This document shows positions 35,495 to 43,705 of a stretch of DNA of 64,000 nucleotides, piece by piece. Every line of letters starts with the position of its first letter. The first letter of the stretch is position 1. The DNA is taken from IMG/VR virus record IMGVR_UViG_3300032242_001694; one strand, 5' to 3'. A program made the translations under genes and the position numbers. The notes beneath the pieces are model-generated. The model was not told the origin of the DNA. It ran no database searches and was given only the letters and a program-made list of their open reading frames with translations. Origin of the DNA: a virus.

Positions 35495-35747
35495 CTTCAC
35501 TCGTCTTATTGCTGTTGAGGTCAAAGTCATTGCTTATATGCATGCCACCTGCCAAGTAGAGCGGTACGTAGGCCTCAGGACCAAATCCTAGGCGGTCGTA
35601 TATAAGGTAGCGAAACGTGCCACCCTCTCGTCCGTGGTCGACTATCTTCCTAATCACAAATGCAGCCGCAGCCAGCCTAGACTCGAGATCGAGGCTGTTC
35701 CAGATCTCTTCGTCGCGAATCGCGTCTTCGTCACCCTCAGTAGTCAT
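35487..35747 (-). CDS. Hypothetical protein
   Basis: Coupled ORF, GGTFRYLIYDRLGFGPEAY. Confidence 0.6.
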   Translation of the reverse strand: MTTEGDEDAIRDEEIWNSLDLESRLAAAAFVIRKIVDHGREGGTFRYLIYDRLGFGPEAYVPLYLAGGMHISNDFDLNSNKTSEDD

Positions 35748-35970
35748 CTACGCTTCCTATCTCACCTAAGTCTACTACTCGAACCAGCCTGTCATTAATG
35801 AAGTAGCTCAGAGTCTTGGCCTGCTCTGCTGAGAGCATGATAGACTCGTCTTCTGTCTCAATGAACACCTTATCCCCGATGATATTCACCGTGGCCGCAG
35901 GCACGAACTGGTCGGCTGACTTAAGCGTGATAAAGTTAAAATCGTAGTCGTCGTGTGCTTTCTTTTTCAT
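35737..35970 (-). CDS. Hypothetical protein
   Basis: Overlapping-coupled ORF. Confidence 0.55.
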   Translation of the reverse strand: MKKKAHDDYDFNFITLKSADQFVPAATVNIIGDKVFIETEDESIMLSAEQAKTLSYFINDRLVRVVDLGEIGSVDDY

Positions 35971-36242
35971 TCCGCGTTAATCCATGATCTTTCCATGAGA
36001 CGATGATTGTCGTCCAGCTTCTTTTCCATAGCCTCGTCGCTGAGTTCCTCGTACCAGTCGACCACCTGCTTGGCCAGCATAATGTACCCGGTTGGTGAAG
36101 CCATACGGTAGCCGCAAATCTCGTGAATAGCCTTTTTGTAGATCTGCAGACGCCTGTTTTCTCGCTTCAGCTGTTCAGTCTCTTCTGCTGCATCACCGAC
36201 ATGCTTTAGAGCAATGTCAACCATCCTATCAAAGCTACTCAT
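35967..36242 (-). CDS. Hypothetical protein
   Basis: Overlapping-coupled ORF. Confidence 0.55.
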   Translation of the reverse strand: MSSFDRMVDIALKHVGDAAEETEQLKRENRRLQIYKKAIHEICGYRMASPTGYIMLAKQVVDWYEELSDEAMEKKLDDNHRLMERSWINAE

Positions 36243-36495
36243 CGTACCAGTCTCCCACCTGCTCGTACACTTTGTCTATCACGTCGTGAATAGTTTTACA
36301 TGCTTCATGGAACTTATTATAGTCTTCCTCTGAGATCTCCACGACCTTTGGCTTGTAATCTCTGCCGTAGCTGCAGTCTTCCCAGTTGGTGTCTTTGACT
36401 AGATCCCACGGAATTAGGTTGGTGCAGGATCCGATGCCGGGTGGAACATGATCATCGCCACCCATTGCGTTGTATTCGTCTACGTACACTTTCAT
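36235..36495 (-). CDS. Hypothetical protein
   Basis: Overlapping-coupled ORF. Confidence 0.55.
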   Translation of the reverse strand: MKVYVDEYNAMGGDDHVPPGIGSCTNLIPWDLVKDTNWEDCSYGRDYKPKVVEISEEDYNKFHEACKTIHDVIDKVYEQVGDWYDE

Positions 36496-36515
36496 CTTAC
36501 GAACCCCAATAGTGT

Positions 36516-36722
36516 CTAGTCATCACTCTTTATCCTCTGGTCCATAGATACATTCTTCTGTAGCTTTACCTTGGTATTAGGCCAAGTCCAGCACTCACCG
36601 GTGTCGTCGGTAAAGCAGACCCACAGCAGGTGGTGCTCCTGACCGTAGTCGATCAGGAAGTGGGCCTTAGCCGGTCCCTTCGGCGTGTCCAATGGGATTG
36701 TTGGGTTTAGTTGGATAATCAA
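36516..36722 (-). CDS. Hypothetical phage protein
   Basis: IQLNPTIPLDTPKG..LIDYGQEHHLLWVCF..TGECWTWPN; GGAG SD. Confidence 0.65.
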   Translation of the reverse strand: MIIQLNPTIPLDTPKGPAKAHFLIDYGQEHHLLWVCFTDDTGECWTWPNTKVKLQKNVSMDQRIKSDD

Positions 36723-37035
36723 TTGCTCTCCAATCCGTGCTTTCTGGCATCAACTCGACCATACCCGGTGCCTGCTCACTCAGCGAGTTATAGATGTCAA
36801 ACGACGTGGCGTTGAACCCATACATCTCGGGGCGGCACCAGTACTCCGAGCCGGAATGGCCGTGGAACACGAGATGCTTCTCGTCCCGCCAGTCGACCCT
36901 CTCTTCCACTCGAATGATCCCACTATTTAGCCGCCACGAGCTGCCATCGCGATACCCGCCCGTCCAGCCGCCGAGCACCTTGTATCCCAATGGCAGCTTG
37001 AGCACGACCCATCGATCTGGACTGTAGTAGCTCAC
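36667..37035 (-). CDS. Conserved hypothetical phage protein
   Basis: PDRWVVLK..YKVLGGWTGGY..SWRLNSGI..FHGHSGSEYWC; start reset to GTG 37035. Confidence 0.65.
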   Translation of the reverse strand: MSYYSPDRWVVLKLPLGYKVLGGWTGGYRDGSSWRLNSGIIRVEERVDWRDEKHLVFHGHSGSEYWCRPEMYGFNATSFDIYNSLSEQAPGMVELMPESTDWRAIDYPTKPNNPIGHAEGTG

Positions 37036-37190
37036 TGTATCCCCATCTCTTCGCATTCCAACGGAAATTTTTCTAATGCCTCCGCTACAATCAATCGCAA
37101 GCGCTCGCGGAAACCTGGGATCTCCAGAATCTCCGCGATGCATACCATTTCTTCCACGTAGTCGCTAAACTTCCAATCACTGCGTTTCAT
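37032..37190 (-). CDS. Hypothetical protein (52 aa)
   Basis: Not in track; AGGAGAG SD just downstream of a promoter; MKRSDWKFSDYVEEMVCIAEILEIPGF... Confidence 0.55.
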   Translation of the reverse strand: MKRSDWKFSDYVEEMVCIAEILEIPGFRERLRLIVAEALEKFPLECEEMGIQ

Positions 37191-37209
37191 GATGCTCTCC
37201 TATAATCAG

Positions 37210-37238
37210 ATAGTACCACTAATCGCCAATTATGTCAA
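37210..37238 (-). promoter_or_regulatory. Early sigma70-like promoter
   Basis: TTGACA-17-TACTAT. Confidence 0.7.
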
Positions 37239-37490
37239 CTAGACAGCTGGATCAGCGTTGTCCACTTTCGTGGGATCAATGATAGTGGTGTCGGTAAAGG
37301 TGGTGCCGAAGTCCTTGGTGTCCAGCTCGGCGCGCTCCTCGGGTGTGAAGTCGCCTGCCTCGCAGTAGTAACCCAACGCACCGCACTCCGCACAGGGCTT
37401 CCGCTTTACCTTGCCGGTACCCTTGCATGGCTCGCAGGAGATGGTGGTCTTGTTGACGCGACCAAACGCGTCCATATAGAATTCTGTCAT
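37239..37490 (-). CDS. Small protein with DnaJ-type zinc finger
   Basis: CEPCKGTG..CAECGALG; AGGAGG SD. Confidence 0.65.
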   Translation of the reverse strand: MTEFYMDAFGRVNKTTISCEPCKGTGKVKRKPCAECGALGYYCEAGDFTPEERAELDTKDFGTTFTDTTIIDPTKVDNADPAV

Positions 37491-37519
37491 GTCATGTCCT
37501 CCTATTGACCTACTACTTA

Positions 37520-37771
37520 TCAGAGTTCTCTAAGCGTCCCAAAGTTGCGGGTACAGCCCGGAGTAGACTGCTGGCGAAGCCTCTCCGTGAGTACCTCATG
37601 CGCCTTCTTGGGGCTGTCGAAGTAGCCCTTCTCGGTGAGCTCCTCCACCACGACTTCCTTGGTCTGTACGACCTTCATGGTCATGGAGTAGTACCTACCC
37701 TTGAAGACGTTCTTCTTGAGTGCGTTGATGAGTGGGCCGTTCCATAGACCCTCCATGTGCGCCCTGTTCAT
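37520..37771 (-). CDS. Hypothetical protein
   Basis: Coupled ORF. Confidence 0.5.
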   Translation of the reverse strand: MNRAHMEGLWNGPLINALKKNVFKGRYYSMTMKVVQTKEVVVEELTEKGYFDSPKKAHEVLTERLRQQSTPGCTRNFGTLREL

Positions 37772-38244
37772 CTCAGGTCGAAATCCTTCTTGATGGCCTT
37801 CTCGATGTCCTCACAGACAGCGACCATCCAGCGCTTGCCCTCGCCTACAGTCAGGGGGTCGTTCTTGATCTTGGTGACAATCCCGAGGCATGAGCGAGCA
37901 GTCTGCTTCTCGACGAGTGGCTGGTTGTCGAAGAGCCACCTAATATCAGCATACGCTGCCTCCATCTGTCCGGCTCGCTCCATCCAGAACTCTTTGTCTT
38001 TCTTAAGCTCTTCGATCTCACGCTGCTTGTTGAAGATCAGCTTGTCCGTGATCTGGCATCTGTCGAAGAGGCCATGGCCGCTCTCTAGGGCAGAGAGCCT
38101 ATCGTCGATCGATCGAGTACGCTGGACAAAGTACTGCATCAGGTGGTCGATCCGCTTGTTTGGATCCACGCCGATACCCACCCCACCGCCGATGGGAGTA
38201 GCCCCCATGCCAGCGCCGCTTCCATAGAAACCATCCTTATTCAT
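37768..38244 (-). CDS. Hypothetical coiled-coil protein
   Basis: 158-aa ORF, coupled to next gene. Confidence 0.55.
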   Translation of the reverse strand: MNKDGFYGSGAGMGATPIGGGVGIGVDPNKRIDHLMQYFVQRTRSIDDRLSALESGHGLFDRCQITDKLIFNKQREIEELKKDKEFWMERAGQMEAAYADIRWLFDNQPLVEKQTARSCLGIVTKIKNDPLTVGEGKRWMVAVCEDIEKAIKKDFDLR

Positions 38245-38245
38245 G

Positions 38246-38368
38246 TCAATACCCCCTAGTTAGTAACTTGTATATAGTAAACGCTAAAATAGCCATGATG
38301 GCAACCCCGGCTGCGTCGCCGGAAACGTCGTGGATAGCCTTCGTCAGGTTAGGCCCGATCTCAAGCAT
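38246..38368 (-). CDS. Small membrane peptide (40 aa)
   Basis: Not in track; GGAGG SD; MLEIGPNL..GVAIMAILAFTIYKLLTRGY. Confidence 0.45.
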   Translation of the reverse strand: MLEIGPNLTKAIHDVSGDAAGVAIMAILAFTIYKLLTRGY

Positions 38369-38369
38369 T

Positions 38370-38522
38370 CTATTGCGCCTCCCTGTACATCTCGTCTACC
38401 CACTTATCTAGCTCCGCCACCTGCTGGTCGTACTCGTCCTCTGCTATAAGGGCGTTCATGAGCTCGTGGTCCAGCTTGTCCATGGTCCGCTCGTAGATCT
38501 TTTCAATCTCGTTCTCAGTCAT
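38370..38522 (-). CDS. Small acidic protein (50 aa)
   Basis: Not in track; MTENEIEKIYERTMDKLDHELMNALIAEDEYDQQVAELDKWVDEMYREAQ. Confidence 0.55.
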   Translation of the reverse strand: MTENEIEKIYERTMDKLDHELMNALIAEDEYDQQVAELDKWVDEMYREAQ

Positions 38523-38737
38523 CACTTCTCATCCTTACTCAGCTTCACCAAGGGCTCAAAGAAGGTGCCGACCAGCATGTAGATCAACACCGCCTGACCG
38601 TAGCCCACCGTATGGACGCCGTCTACCGCCCCCACCAGACCGTCGTTCCAGAACCACATGATCAACACCGCGTTGATCAGAGTCGTCACTATCTGAACAA
38701 CCATCTGACCGATAACTTCAATCACTTTTTCACTCAT
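38522..38737 (-). CDS. Small membrane protein
   Basis: Two hydrophobic helices, LIMWFWN motif. Confidence 0.6.
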   Translation of the reverse strand: MSEKVIEVIGQMVVQIVTTLINAVLIMWFWNDGLVGAVDGVHTVGYGQAVLIYMLVGTFFEPLVKLSKDEK

Positions 38738-38925
38738 TTGCGGTAACCTTTTCTCACTAGTGTCAGCTCCTCAGTGGGGCGACTTTCATACACATACACG
38801 ACATTAGGCGACTGGCCACGACTGACTCGGATGGCCTTGATCTCGTTCTCGAGGGCTTCGATCCGACTGTTGGCCTCTCTACGGATGGCCCATATCTCAG
38901 CGGTGATCTCTCTGATGCCTCTCAT
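38734..38925 (-). CDS. Hypothetical coiled-coil protein
   Basis: Coupled ORF. Confidence 0.5.
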   Translation of the reverse strand: MRGIREITAEIWAIRREANSRIEALENEIKAIRVSRGQSPNVVYVYESRPTEELTLVRKGYRK

Positions 38926-38928
38926 GGC

Positions 38929-39180
38929 TCACTCCGGGGTTACGTCAAATGTGAAGGTGGATACGTCCGTGGCCAAGATGCCGTAGTCGTAGGCGTCGTG
39001 GCGGTGCTGGAACCACCGGTCGTTGGACACCTCAAGGCACCAGCAGCCACCGAATTCAGCCACCATGTCCTTGGTGAAGTCCTCAATGGCGCCGATCTCT
39101 TCTTCTTCGAGACCATCCATCTCGCCATAGTTCAAGGCAGTGGCCCAGTGGGTAGGCAGTACATAGGTCTTGGTAATCAT
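38929..39180 (-). CDS. Hypothetical phage protein
   Basis: LPTHWATALNYGEMDGLEEEE motif. Confidence 0.6.
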   Translation of the reverse strand: MITKTYVLPTHWATALNYGEMDGLEEEEIGAIEDFTKDMVAEFGGCWCLEVSNDRWFQHRHDAYDYGILATDVSTFTFDVTPE

Positions 39181-39389
39181 ACGCGGAACCCCTCAAAGTA
39201 GCGGACGTCTGACTCGGTGGTGTAGGGATCCTCAGAGCAGATCCGAGCCACAATGGCGTCCTGATAGGCATCGATCTTGACGGAGAGCATATCCGCCATC
39301 GAGTACTCACCGTGACCCATCAGGGAGGCGTAGTTGGCTTCCAGCCACTCGAGGCCCTTGCGCATTTCAACCAAAGTCAGCTTTTCCAT
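39177..39389 (-). CDS. Hypothetical protein
   Basis: Start reset to MEKLTL (GGAG SD, downstream of promoter 39419-39447). Confidence 0.55.
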   Translation of the reverse strand: MEKLTLVEMRKGLEWLEANYASLMGHGEYSMADMLSVKIDAYQDAIVARICSEDPYTTESDVRYFEGFRV

Positions 39390-39418
39390 AGCAATCTCCA
39401 TTCCTTGACTATAATAAG

Positions 39419-39447
39419 ATTCTATCATAGAAACGGAATTATGTCAA
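39419..39447 (-). promoter_or_regulatory. Early promoter, near-identical to 40022-40050
   Basis: TTGACA-17-TAGAAT. Confidence 0.8.
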
Positions 39448-39473
39448 CCCACTTTGTACAAAAAAGACGGCTA

Positions 39474-39719
39474 TTAAACCGTCTTGTAGTGCCTCTGCCA
39501 CTGACTCGTAGGAACCCCATAGCCGGTACCAGCCATGTAGCTGTTCCACATGATCCGCATGACCTCTCTGGCCGTCCTAGCCTTGCTGATGTCGTACTTG
39601 AGGCGGTTCAGCCTAGTGGGCTTGGTGGCAGGATCCAGCATGGCCACCGCCCTAGAGCGCGCCTCCTCTAGTGGAAACGTCTCTAGGGCATTCAATTCCG
39701 CTACATCCATCTGTTTCAT
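39474..39719 (-). CDS. Hypothetical protein
   Basis: Start reset to MKQMDVAEL, which overlaps the upstream stop. Confidence 0.55.
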   Translation of the reverse strand: MKQMDVAELNALETFPLEEARSRAVAMLDPATKPTRLNRLKYDISKARTAREVMRIMWNSYMAGTGYGVPTSQWQRHYKTV

Positions 39720-39991
39720 CTTGCAGTCACCAGAGAGGGCGACACGCGGTACCTGCCCAGAGCGGTCTTGACGTCGATGGACTTGACGTTGATCTTCTCG
39801 ATGGTACCTATCACGCTGCCGCGAACCTTGGTCTGGATGATCACGCTCTGGCCGGTACGGAACTGCATGCCGGCGAGGCACTGGACCGTGTTATGGCGAG
39901 CCTTGATGATCTGCCCGACCGCGTTCAACTCGGCCACCGTATCGAGGGTGTCGATGAGTTTCTGGATCTGCTTCAATGTAGAGATAGCCAT
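39716..39991 (-). CDS. Small SH3/KOW-like protein
   Basis: FRTGQSVII..GTIEKINVKSIDV..YRVSPSLV; GAGG SD. Confidence 0.6.
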   Translation of the reverse strand: MAISTLKQIQKLIDTLDTVAELNAVGQIIKARHNTVQCLAGMQFRTGQSVIIQTKVRGSVIGTIEKINVKSIDVKTALGRYRVSPSLVTAR

Positions 39992-40021
39992 GGTGTTTTC
40001 CTCTGTTCCGATCATATTAAG

Positions 40022-40050
40022 ATTCTATCATAGAAACAGAATAATGTCAA
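40022..40050 (-). promoter_or_regulatory. Early promoter
   Basis: TTGACA-17-TAGAAT. Confidence 0.8.
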
Positions 40051-40280
40051 CCCCAGTCCTTGAAGTTGCCGGCATCTTGGTTCTCTTTGTAGCCGTCCAT
40101 GTACTCGTCGTAGCCCTCCTCGCCCTCCTTTAGGGGGATGTAGAAGCCGTGTCCGGTACCATTTGGCCACCAGTGGGGATCTATAGGGCGACCGTAGTAG
40201 CTGTCTGCAGAACCCCTGTCGTAGGGCCCACCGTGGCGGGAACGGTCCTTCAGGTCAATCTCATCATCAAAGTCAGTCAT
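40047..40280 (-). CDS. Conserved small phage protein
   Basis: RHGGPYDRGSADSYYGR..YMDGY..FKDWG. Confidence 0.7.
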   Translation of the reverse strand: MTDFDDEIDLKDRSRHGGPYDRGSADSYYGRPIDPHWWPNGTGHGFYIPLKEGEEGYDEYMDGYKENQDAGNFKDWG

Positions 40281-40603
40281 TACGCTACATCCTTCTTGTA
40301 CTGCTGCATCCGCTCGTCTTCGATGACGTACCAGCCCTTGCTCCGGGCCTTACGGTTGGCTGCGATGATCTTCTTGTTGGCCTCTACCATCTGTCTGCCG
40401 AGGTAGTCCAGCATGTCGCGGGTGACGGAGCCGGCGTCTGTCTTGACGGCCACCAGCTCGAGGGCGCGGAGTGCCATCATGTCCTTGGTGGCAGCTTCCT
40501 TCTTCTGGAAGTGGACGGCTGCCTCGAAGGACTCGACCCAGACGGTCTTACCATAGTACTGGGTGGTGGTCCAGCCGGCGAAGTGATTCATTGTGGTTGA
40601 CAT
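40280..40603 (-). CDS. Hypothetical protein
   Basis: AAGGAGAG SD downstream of a promoter. Confidence 0.6.
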   Translation of the reverse strand: MSTTMNHFAGWTTTQYYGKTVWVESFEAAVHFQKKEAATKDMMALRALELVAVKTDAGSVTRDMLDYLGRQMVEANKKIIAANRKARSKGWYVIEDERMQQYKKDVA

Positions 40604-40628
40604 TTATTCTCTCCTTGTTTATATTATA

Positions 40629-40657
40629 ACTATACGACATGCAGGGAATTATGTCAA
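40629..40657 (-). promoter_or_regulatory. Early promoter
   Basis: TTGACA-17-TATAGT followed by TATAAT. Confidence 0.8.
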
Positions 40658-40683
40658 CCACTTTGAGTGAAATAAACCAAAAA

Positions 40684-41229
40684 TTATGCGGCTTCTTGGT
40701 TTAATTTTGCGGTGACAGCCTTCATCGTGGCCAGGTTCTTGGCCTTGATCTCGGCAGCGCGCATGATCTGAGCTGCACTCTGGGGCTTCGACACCTTGGC
40801 GATTGCCTTGTTGACGCTGTCCCGAGCCTTCTGGATGGGATCCTTAGGGGCCTTAGGGGCTTTAGTAGAACCCTTCGGGGGCTTGCCGGTGGTGGCTGGA
40901 ACAGCGCCTTCAACGATCTTGATGACGTTGATGAATTCAGCCATGACCTCCGCGGTGATGACGGTGGAGGCCAGAGGGATCGCGAAGATGGACCAGCCCT
41001 TGGCCCGCTTGATCAGGGTGTAGCGGAGGTTAACCTCTGCGGTGATGGCTTCGAGGTGCTTGGAGCCCGAGCCGACAATGAAGGTGCCGGACTTGACGTT
41101 GAGCTCTACCTTGCCGGTACCCTTGGTGGAGGGCTTGACGTAGAAGATGTTGTCGGAGTAGGGCTGTGGGAGGTAGCCGGCTTCAGTGACGGCGGCGGAG
41201 AAGGTGGCGAAGGTGGGGGCGAATTTCAT
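40684..41229 (-). CDS. Hypothetical protein with Lys/Ala/Pro-rich basic tail
   Basis: AAGGAGA SD; KPPKGSTKAPKAPK. Confidence 0.65.
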   Translation of the reverse strand: MKFAPTFATFSAAVTEAGYLPQPYSDNIFYVKPSTKGTGKVELNVKSGTFIVGSGSKHLEAITAEVNLRYTLIKRAKGWSIFAIPLASTVITAEVMAEFINVIKIVEGAVPATTGKPPKGSTKAPKAPKDPIQKARDSVNKAIAKVSKPQSAAQIMRAAEIKAKNLATMKAVTAKLNQEAA

Positions 41230-41259
41230 GGTAGTCTCCTTGTTTCAATTCCTATTATA

Positions 41260-41288
41260 ACTATACCCTGTTCGGGGAATAATGTCAA
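41260..41288 (-). promoter_or_regulatory. Early promoter
   Basis: TTGACA-17-TATAGT-TATAATAGGAA. Confidence 0.8.
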
Positions 41289-41488
41289 CCGTATATTTTG
41301 CCAATTTCATAGGCAGTGATACGGTAGAAGATGCCGGCATCCAGATCGTCTTCAGTCAGGCGACCTTCCAACACGTTACGGGCCATCTCGGCGAGGCCCT
41401 CAGCCTCAAAGATACCCACGATAGAGTGGAAGTTTGCGGTCTGGTCGACCATCTCCACCACGTACACGTTCTTGAATCCGTCAGTCAT
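41285..41488 (-). CDS. Hypothetical protein
   Basis: Coupled ORF with GGAG SD. Confidence 0.55.
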   Translation of the reverse strand: MTDGFKNVYVVEMVDQTANFHSIVGIFEAEGLAEMARNVLEGRLTEDDLDAGIFYRITAYEIGKIYG

Positions 41489-41580
41489 TAGAGTACTCCG
41501 TCAGCCTTGAGGCAGATGAAACCGGCCAGCAGCATGACTGGGCCGAGGGCGATGAGGGCGAATAGGGTGTCTGGGTGCAT
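41488..41580 (-). CDS. Membrane micro-peptide (30 aa)
   Basis: Not in track; GGAG SD; MHPDTLFALIALGPVMLLAGFICLKADGVL. Confidence 0.5.
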   Translation of the reverse strand: MHPDTLFALIALGPVMLLAGFICLKADGVL

Positions 41581-41593
41581 CGATCAATCTCCG

Positions 41594-41854
41594 TTAGTTC
41601 CTATTATAACTATACCCCGTCCATGGATTAATGTCAACCTTTTTTTCCACGTTTTGTGAAATTATTTTCGGAACAATTCCACCCACTGGCCTGCGGGGCT
41701 GGCCTCCGACGACCTCCACGTGGAAGTCAGAACCCAGCTGGTCGGCAATCGACCGACACGCTGCCCAAGCCCTATCGTCAGATGGGAACTTGAGCTCCTG
41801 GACTATCTTGGCAGTCCTAGCCTTGAGCTGTACCACTACGACCTTGACACTCAT
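41594..41854 (-). CDS. Hypothetical protein
   Basis: Coupled ORF; its 3' end runs through the next promoter. Confidence 0.5.
   Translation of the reverse strand: MSVKVVVVQLKARTAKIVQELKFPSDDRAWAACRSIADQLGSDFHVEVVGGQPRRPVGGIVPKIISQNVEKKVDINPWTGYSYNRN
41609..41637 (-). promoter_or_regulatory. Early promoter
   Basis: TTGACA-17-TATAGT-TATAATAGGAA. Confidence 0.8.
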
Positions 41855-42078
41855 ATCTGGTAGGACTCCACGTCGCTGTCGCCACAGTACTCCATAAGGA
41901 AGTTCTCGGCCAGCACGTAGTGGTCGAACTGGATGAAGAGGGTAGGATTACCAGCAAAGCCATTGGCGATAAAGGACTCGATCCGGCCGTCGTGCTTCTG
42001 GACCATGGTCAGCACCTCGCCTATCTGGGTGTCGTAGGCCACGTCGATCTCGATGATGATCTTTTCAATGTCAGTCAT
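41851..42078 (-). CDS. Small acidic hypothetical protein
   Basis: AAGGA SD downstream of a promoter. Confidence 0.6.
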   Translation of the reverse strand: MTDIEKIIIEIDVAYDTQIGEVLTMVQKHDGRIESFIANGFAGNPTLFIQFDHYVLAENFLMEYCGDSDVESYQI

Positions 42079-42107
42079 TTAGAATTCCTTTCCTATTTCC
42101 TATTATA

Positions 42108-42136
42108 ACTATACGACGTTCCCCGATTAATGTCAA
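42108..42136 (-). promoter_or_regulatory. Early promoter
   Basis: TTGACA-17-TATAGT-TATAATAGGAA. Confidence 0.8.
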
Positions 42137-42137
42137 C

Positions 42138-42180
42138 AAAAAAAGAGGCCGGGAGCAAAATTAATTGCATCACCGGCCTC
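42138..42180 (-). terminator. Intrinsic terminator
   Basis: GAGGCCGG...CCGGCCTC stem followed by a T-run on the - strand; a second hairpin (CGGCTAGG/CCTAGCCG) lies just upstream. Confidence 0.65.
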
Positions 42181-42222
42181 CAGGAGCGGCTAGGGAAAAT
42201 GACCTAAACCTAGCCGAGGAGC

Positions 42223-42543
42223 TTAAAGAGACTTGGTCCAGTCACGGTAATACTCATGCACGTACACGTCTACATGCTGGGCATGCTCTGGCCGGATAGT
42301 CAAGCTGGAGTATCTCCACAGCTTTCCACCACGGCGATACAGTGGAGCGTTAGGGTTGTCCTTGCCGAGCCGGCCCTTGAGAGCCACCCGAAGACGAGGC
42401 TGAGCCTTACCGGTCTCGAGTTCCTTGACGCGGAGCTTGGCGTTCGCGATCTTGACGTCAGCCCTGAGAGCCTCGAGCAGCTTGTTGTCTGTCACCTGAG
42501 GAACCGTAAAGCGATAAGCCGAGGTGCGAGTGCGATTGGTCAT
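42223..42543 (-). CDS. Basic hypothetical protein
   Basis: AGGAGA SD; LRVALKGRLGKDNPNA. Confidence 0.65.
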   Translation of the reverse strand: MTNRTRTSAYRFTVPQVTDNKLLEALRADVKIANAKLRVKELETGKAQPRLRVALKGRLGKDNPNAPLYRRGGKLWRYSSLTIRPEHAQHVDVYVHEYYRDWTKSL

Positions 42544-42574
42544 TTAGTATCTCCTGTTTTCATCCTATAGACTA

Positions 42575-42603
42575 ATTATACCGACATTTTGAATTAATGT
42601 CAA
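42575..42603 (-). promoter_or_regulatory. Early promoter
   Basis: TTGACA-17-TATAAT. Confidence 0.85.
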
Positions 42604-42612
42604 CAATTATTT

Positions 42613-42858
42613 TTAGCAGTACTGGAGCTCCACCATGTCAGCCAGCAGGGCCAGAGCCTCATCGAGAGTCCGATCCTCGGCTCTGAGGTAGTGAGCCCCG
42701 TTGACGTCCAGCATGGCGATGTTCGAGCCATAGTACTGGTCGACCAGCCGAGCCGTGTACTGGCCTGTGGTAGAGCTGAACTCGATGGTCAGGCGTACGT
42801 CTTTTTCTTCCTTAGCCTGTGCCTCGATGAAGGCTTCGATCTTGTTGAAGATGGTCAT
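42613..42858 (-). CDS. Hypothetical protein
   Basis: GGAGA SD downstream of a promoter. Confidence 0.6.
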   Translation of the reverse strand: MTIFNKIEAFIEAQAKEEKDVRLTIEFSSTTGQYTARLVDQYYGSNIAMLDVNGAHYLRAEDRTLDEALALLADMVELQYC

Positions 42859-42888
42859 TTTCTGTTCTCCGTTTCAATTCCTATTATT

Positions 42889-42917
42889 AATATATCCCAT
42901 ATAGGAAATAATGTCAA
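42889..42917 (-). promoter_or_regulatory. Early promoter
   Basis: TTGACA-17-TATATT. Confidence 0.75.
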
Positions 42918-42920
42918 CAA

Positions 42921-43181
42921 TTAATTTGATAAATTTTCGATAATTTCAGATAAAATTTGTTGTGGGTCGATATTTCCGTCGCAGTAAAAAGCCCCAGCGT
43001 TTTGGTATTGGCCAGAGATTTCGACAAGTGTATATGAAGTAGTGTGCCAGACGTTTACAGTATCCCCGTCGAGCTCGGCAGGTAAGGGGAGCGAATACGT
43101 GGGCTGAGTAGTAGTATAGGCAGTAACCAGCTCGGATGGGTTGGCGGATACTGGGAATTCGAATTCCACGAAATTTGTCAT
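42921..43181 (-). CDS. Acidic hypothetical protein
   Basis: AAGGA SD downstream of a promoter. Confidence 0.6.
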   Translation of the reverse strand: MTNFVEFEFPVSANPSELVTAYTTTQPTYSLPLPAELDGDTVNVWHTTSYTLVEISGQYQNAGAFYCDGNIDPQQILSEIIENLSN

Positions 43182-43213
43182 TTGGTTTTCCTTTGTTTTC
43201 AGATTATATTATT

Positions 43214-43314
43214 AATATAATCCATAAAGGAAATAATGTCAACAAAAAAACACGGAAACTAAAAATAATTTCTGACAGAAAGTCGTTGACATAATTGAAA
43301 AAGTGGTGTTTAAT
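43214..43314. promoter_or_regulatory. Back-to-back divergent promoters in an AT-rich non-coding gap
   Basis: - strand TTGACA-17-TATATT (43214-43242); + strand TTGACA-17-TTTAAT (43286-43314). Confidence 0.6.
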
Positions 43315-43444
43315 GGATAATTGAGTCGAGTCGGACGGAATTTGAAATGGGTTTTCGGAAATTGAAATGCGGAAACACAGTCGGACTTTGATTAAATTTA
43401 ATGGCATTTTAATCGAATATAAATAACTGCTTTTTATTCGGCAG

Positions 43445-43705
43445 TTATCGGTAAGATTTACTAATAGCTCGGTGAGTATTGGTAAGACTTACCTCTGTAT
43501 TACTGGCATTGGTGTTGTCTCTATCTATTAGAGTCGTTGTACCGGTATCTGGCGATACTGTCTCGGGAAATACTGATAGTGGTGGGTACTCAGTTATAAC
43601 AGTATTGGACTCTTCTATAGTCTCTAGTCTATTGAGTATCTGGTCAATCTTCTTGGCCAGCTCTTTAATATCTAGTCGTATGTTGTGGAGATCTTTAGGT
43701 GTCAT
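43445..43705 (-). CDS. Hypothetical coiled-coil protein (start uncertain)
   Basis: MTPKDLHNIRLDIKELAKKIDQILNRLE. Confidence 0.4.
   Translation of the reverse strand: MTPKDLHNIRLDIKELAKKIDQILNRLETIEESNTVITEYPPLSVFPETVSPDTGTTTLIDRDNTNASNTEVSLTNTHRAISKSYR

Noticed and set aside
39419-43242. Repeated intergenic motif as CRISPR repeats or integron attC sites
   Set aside because: The motif resolves into -35/-10 promoter elements with 17-nt spacing; there is no palindromic attC structure, integrase or cas gene
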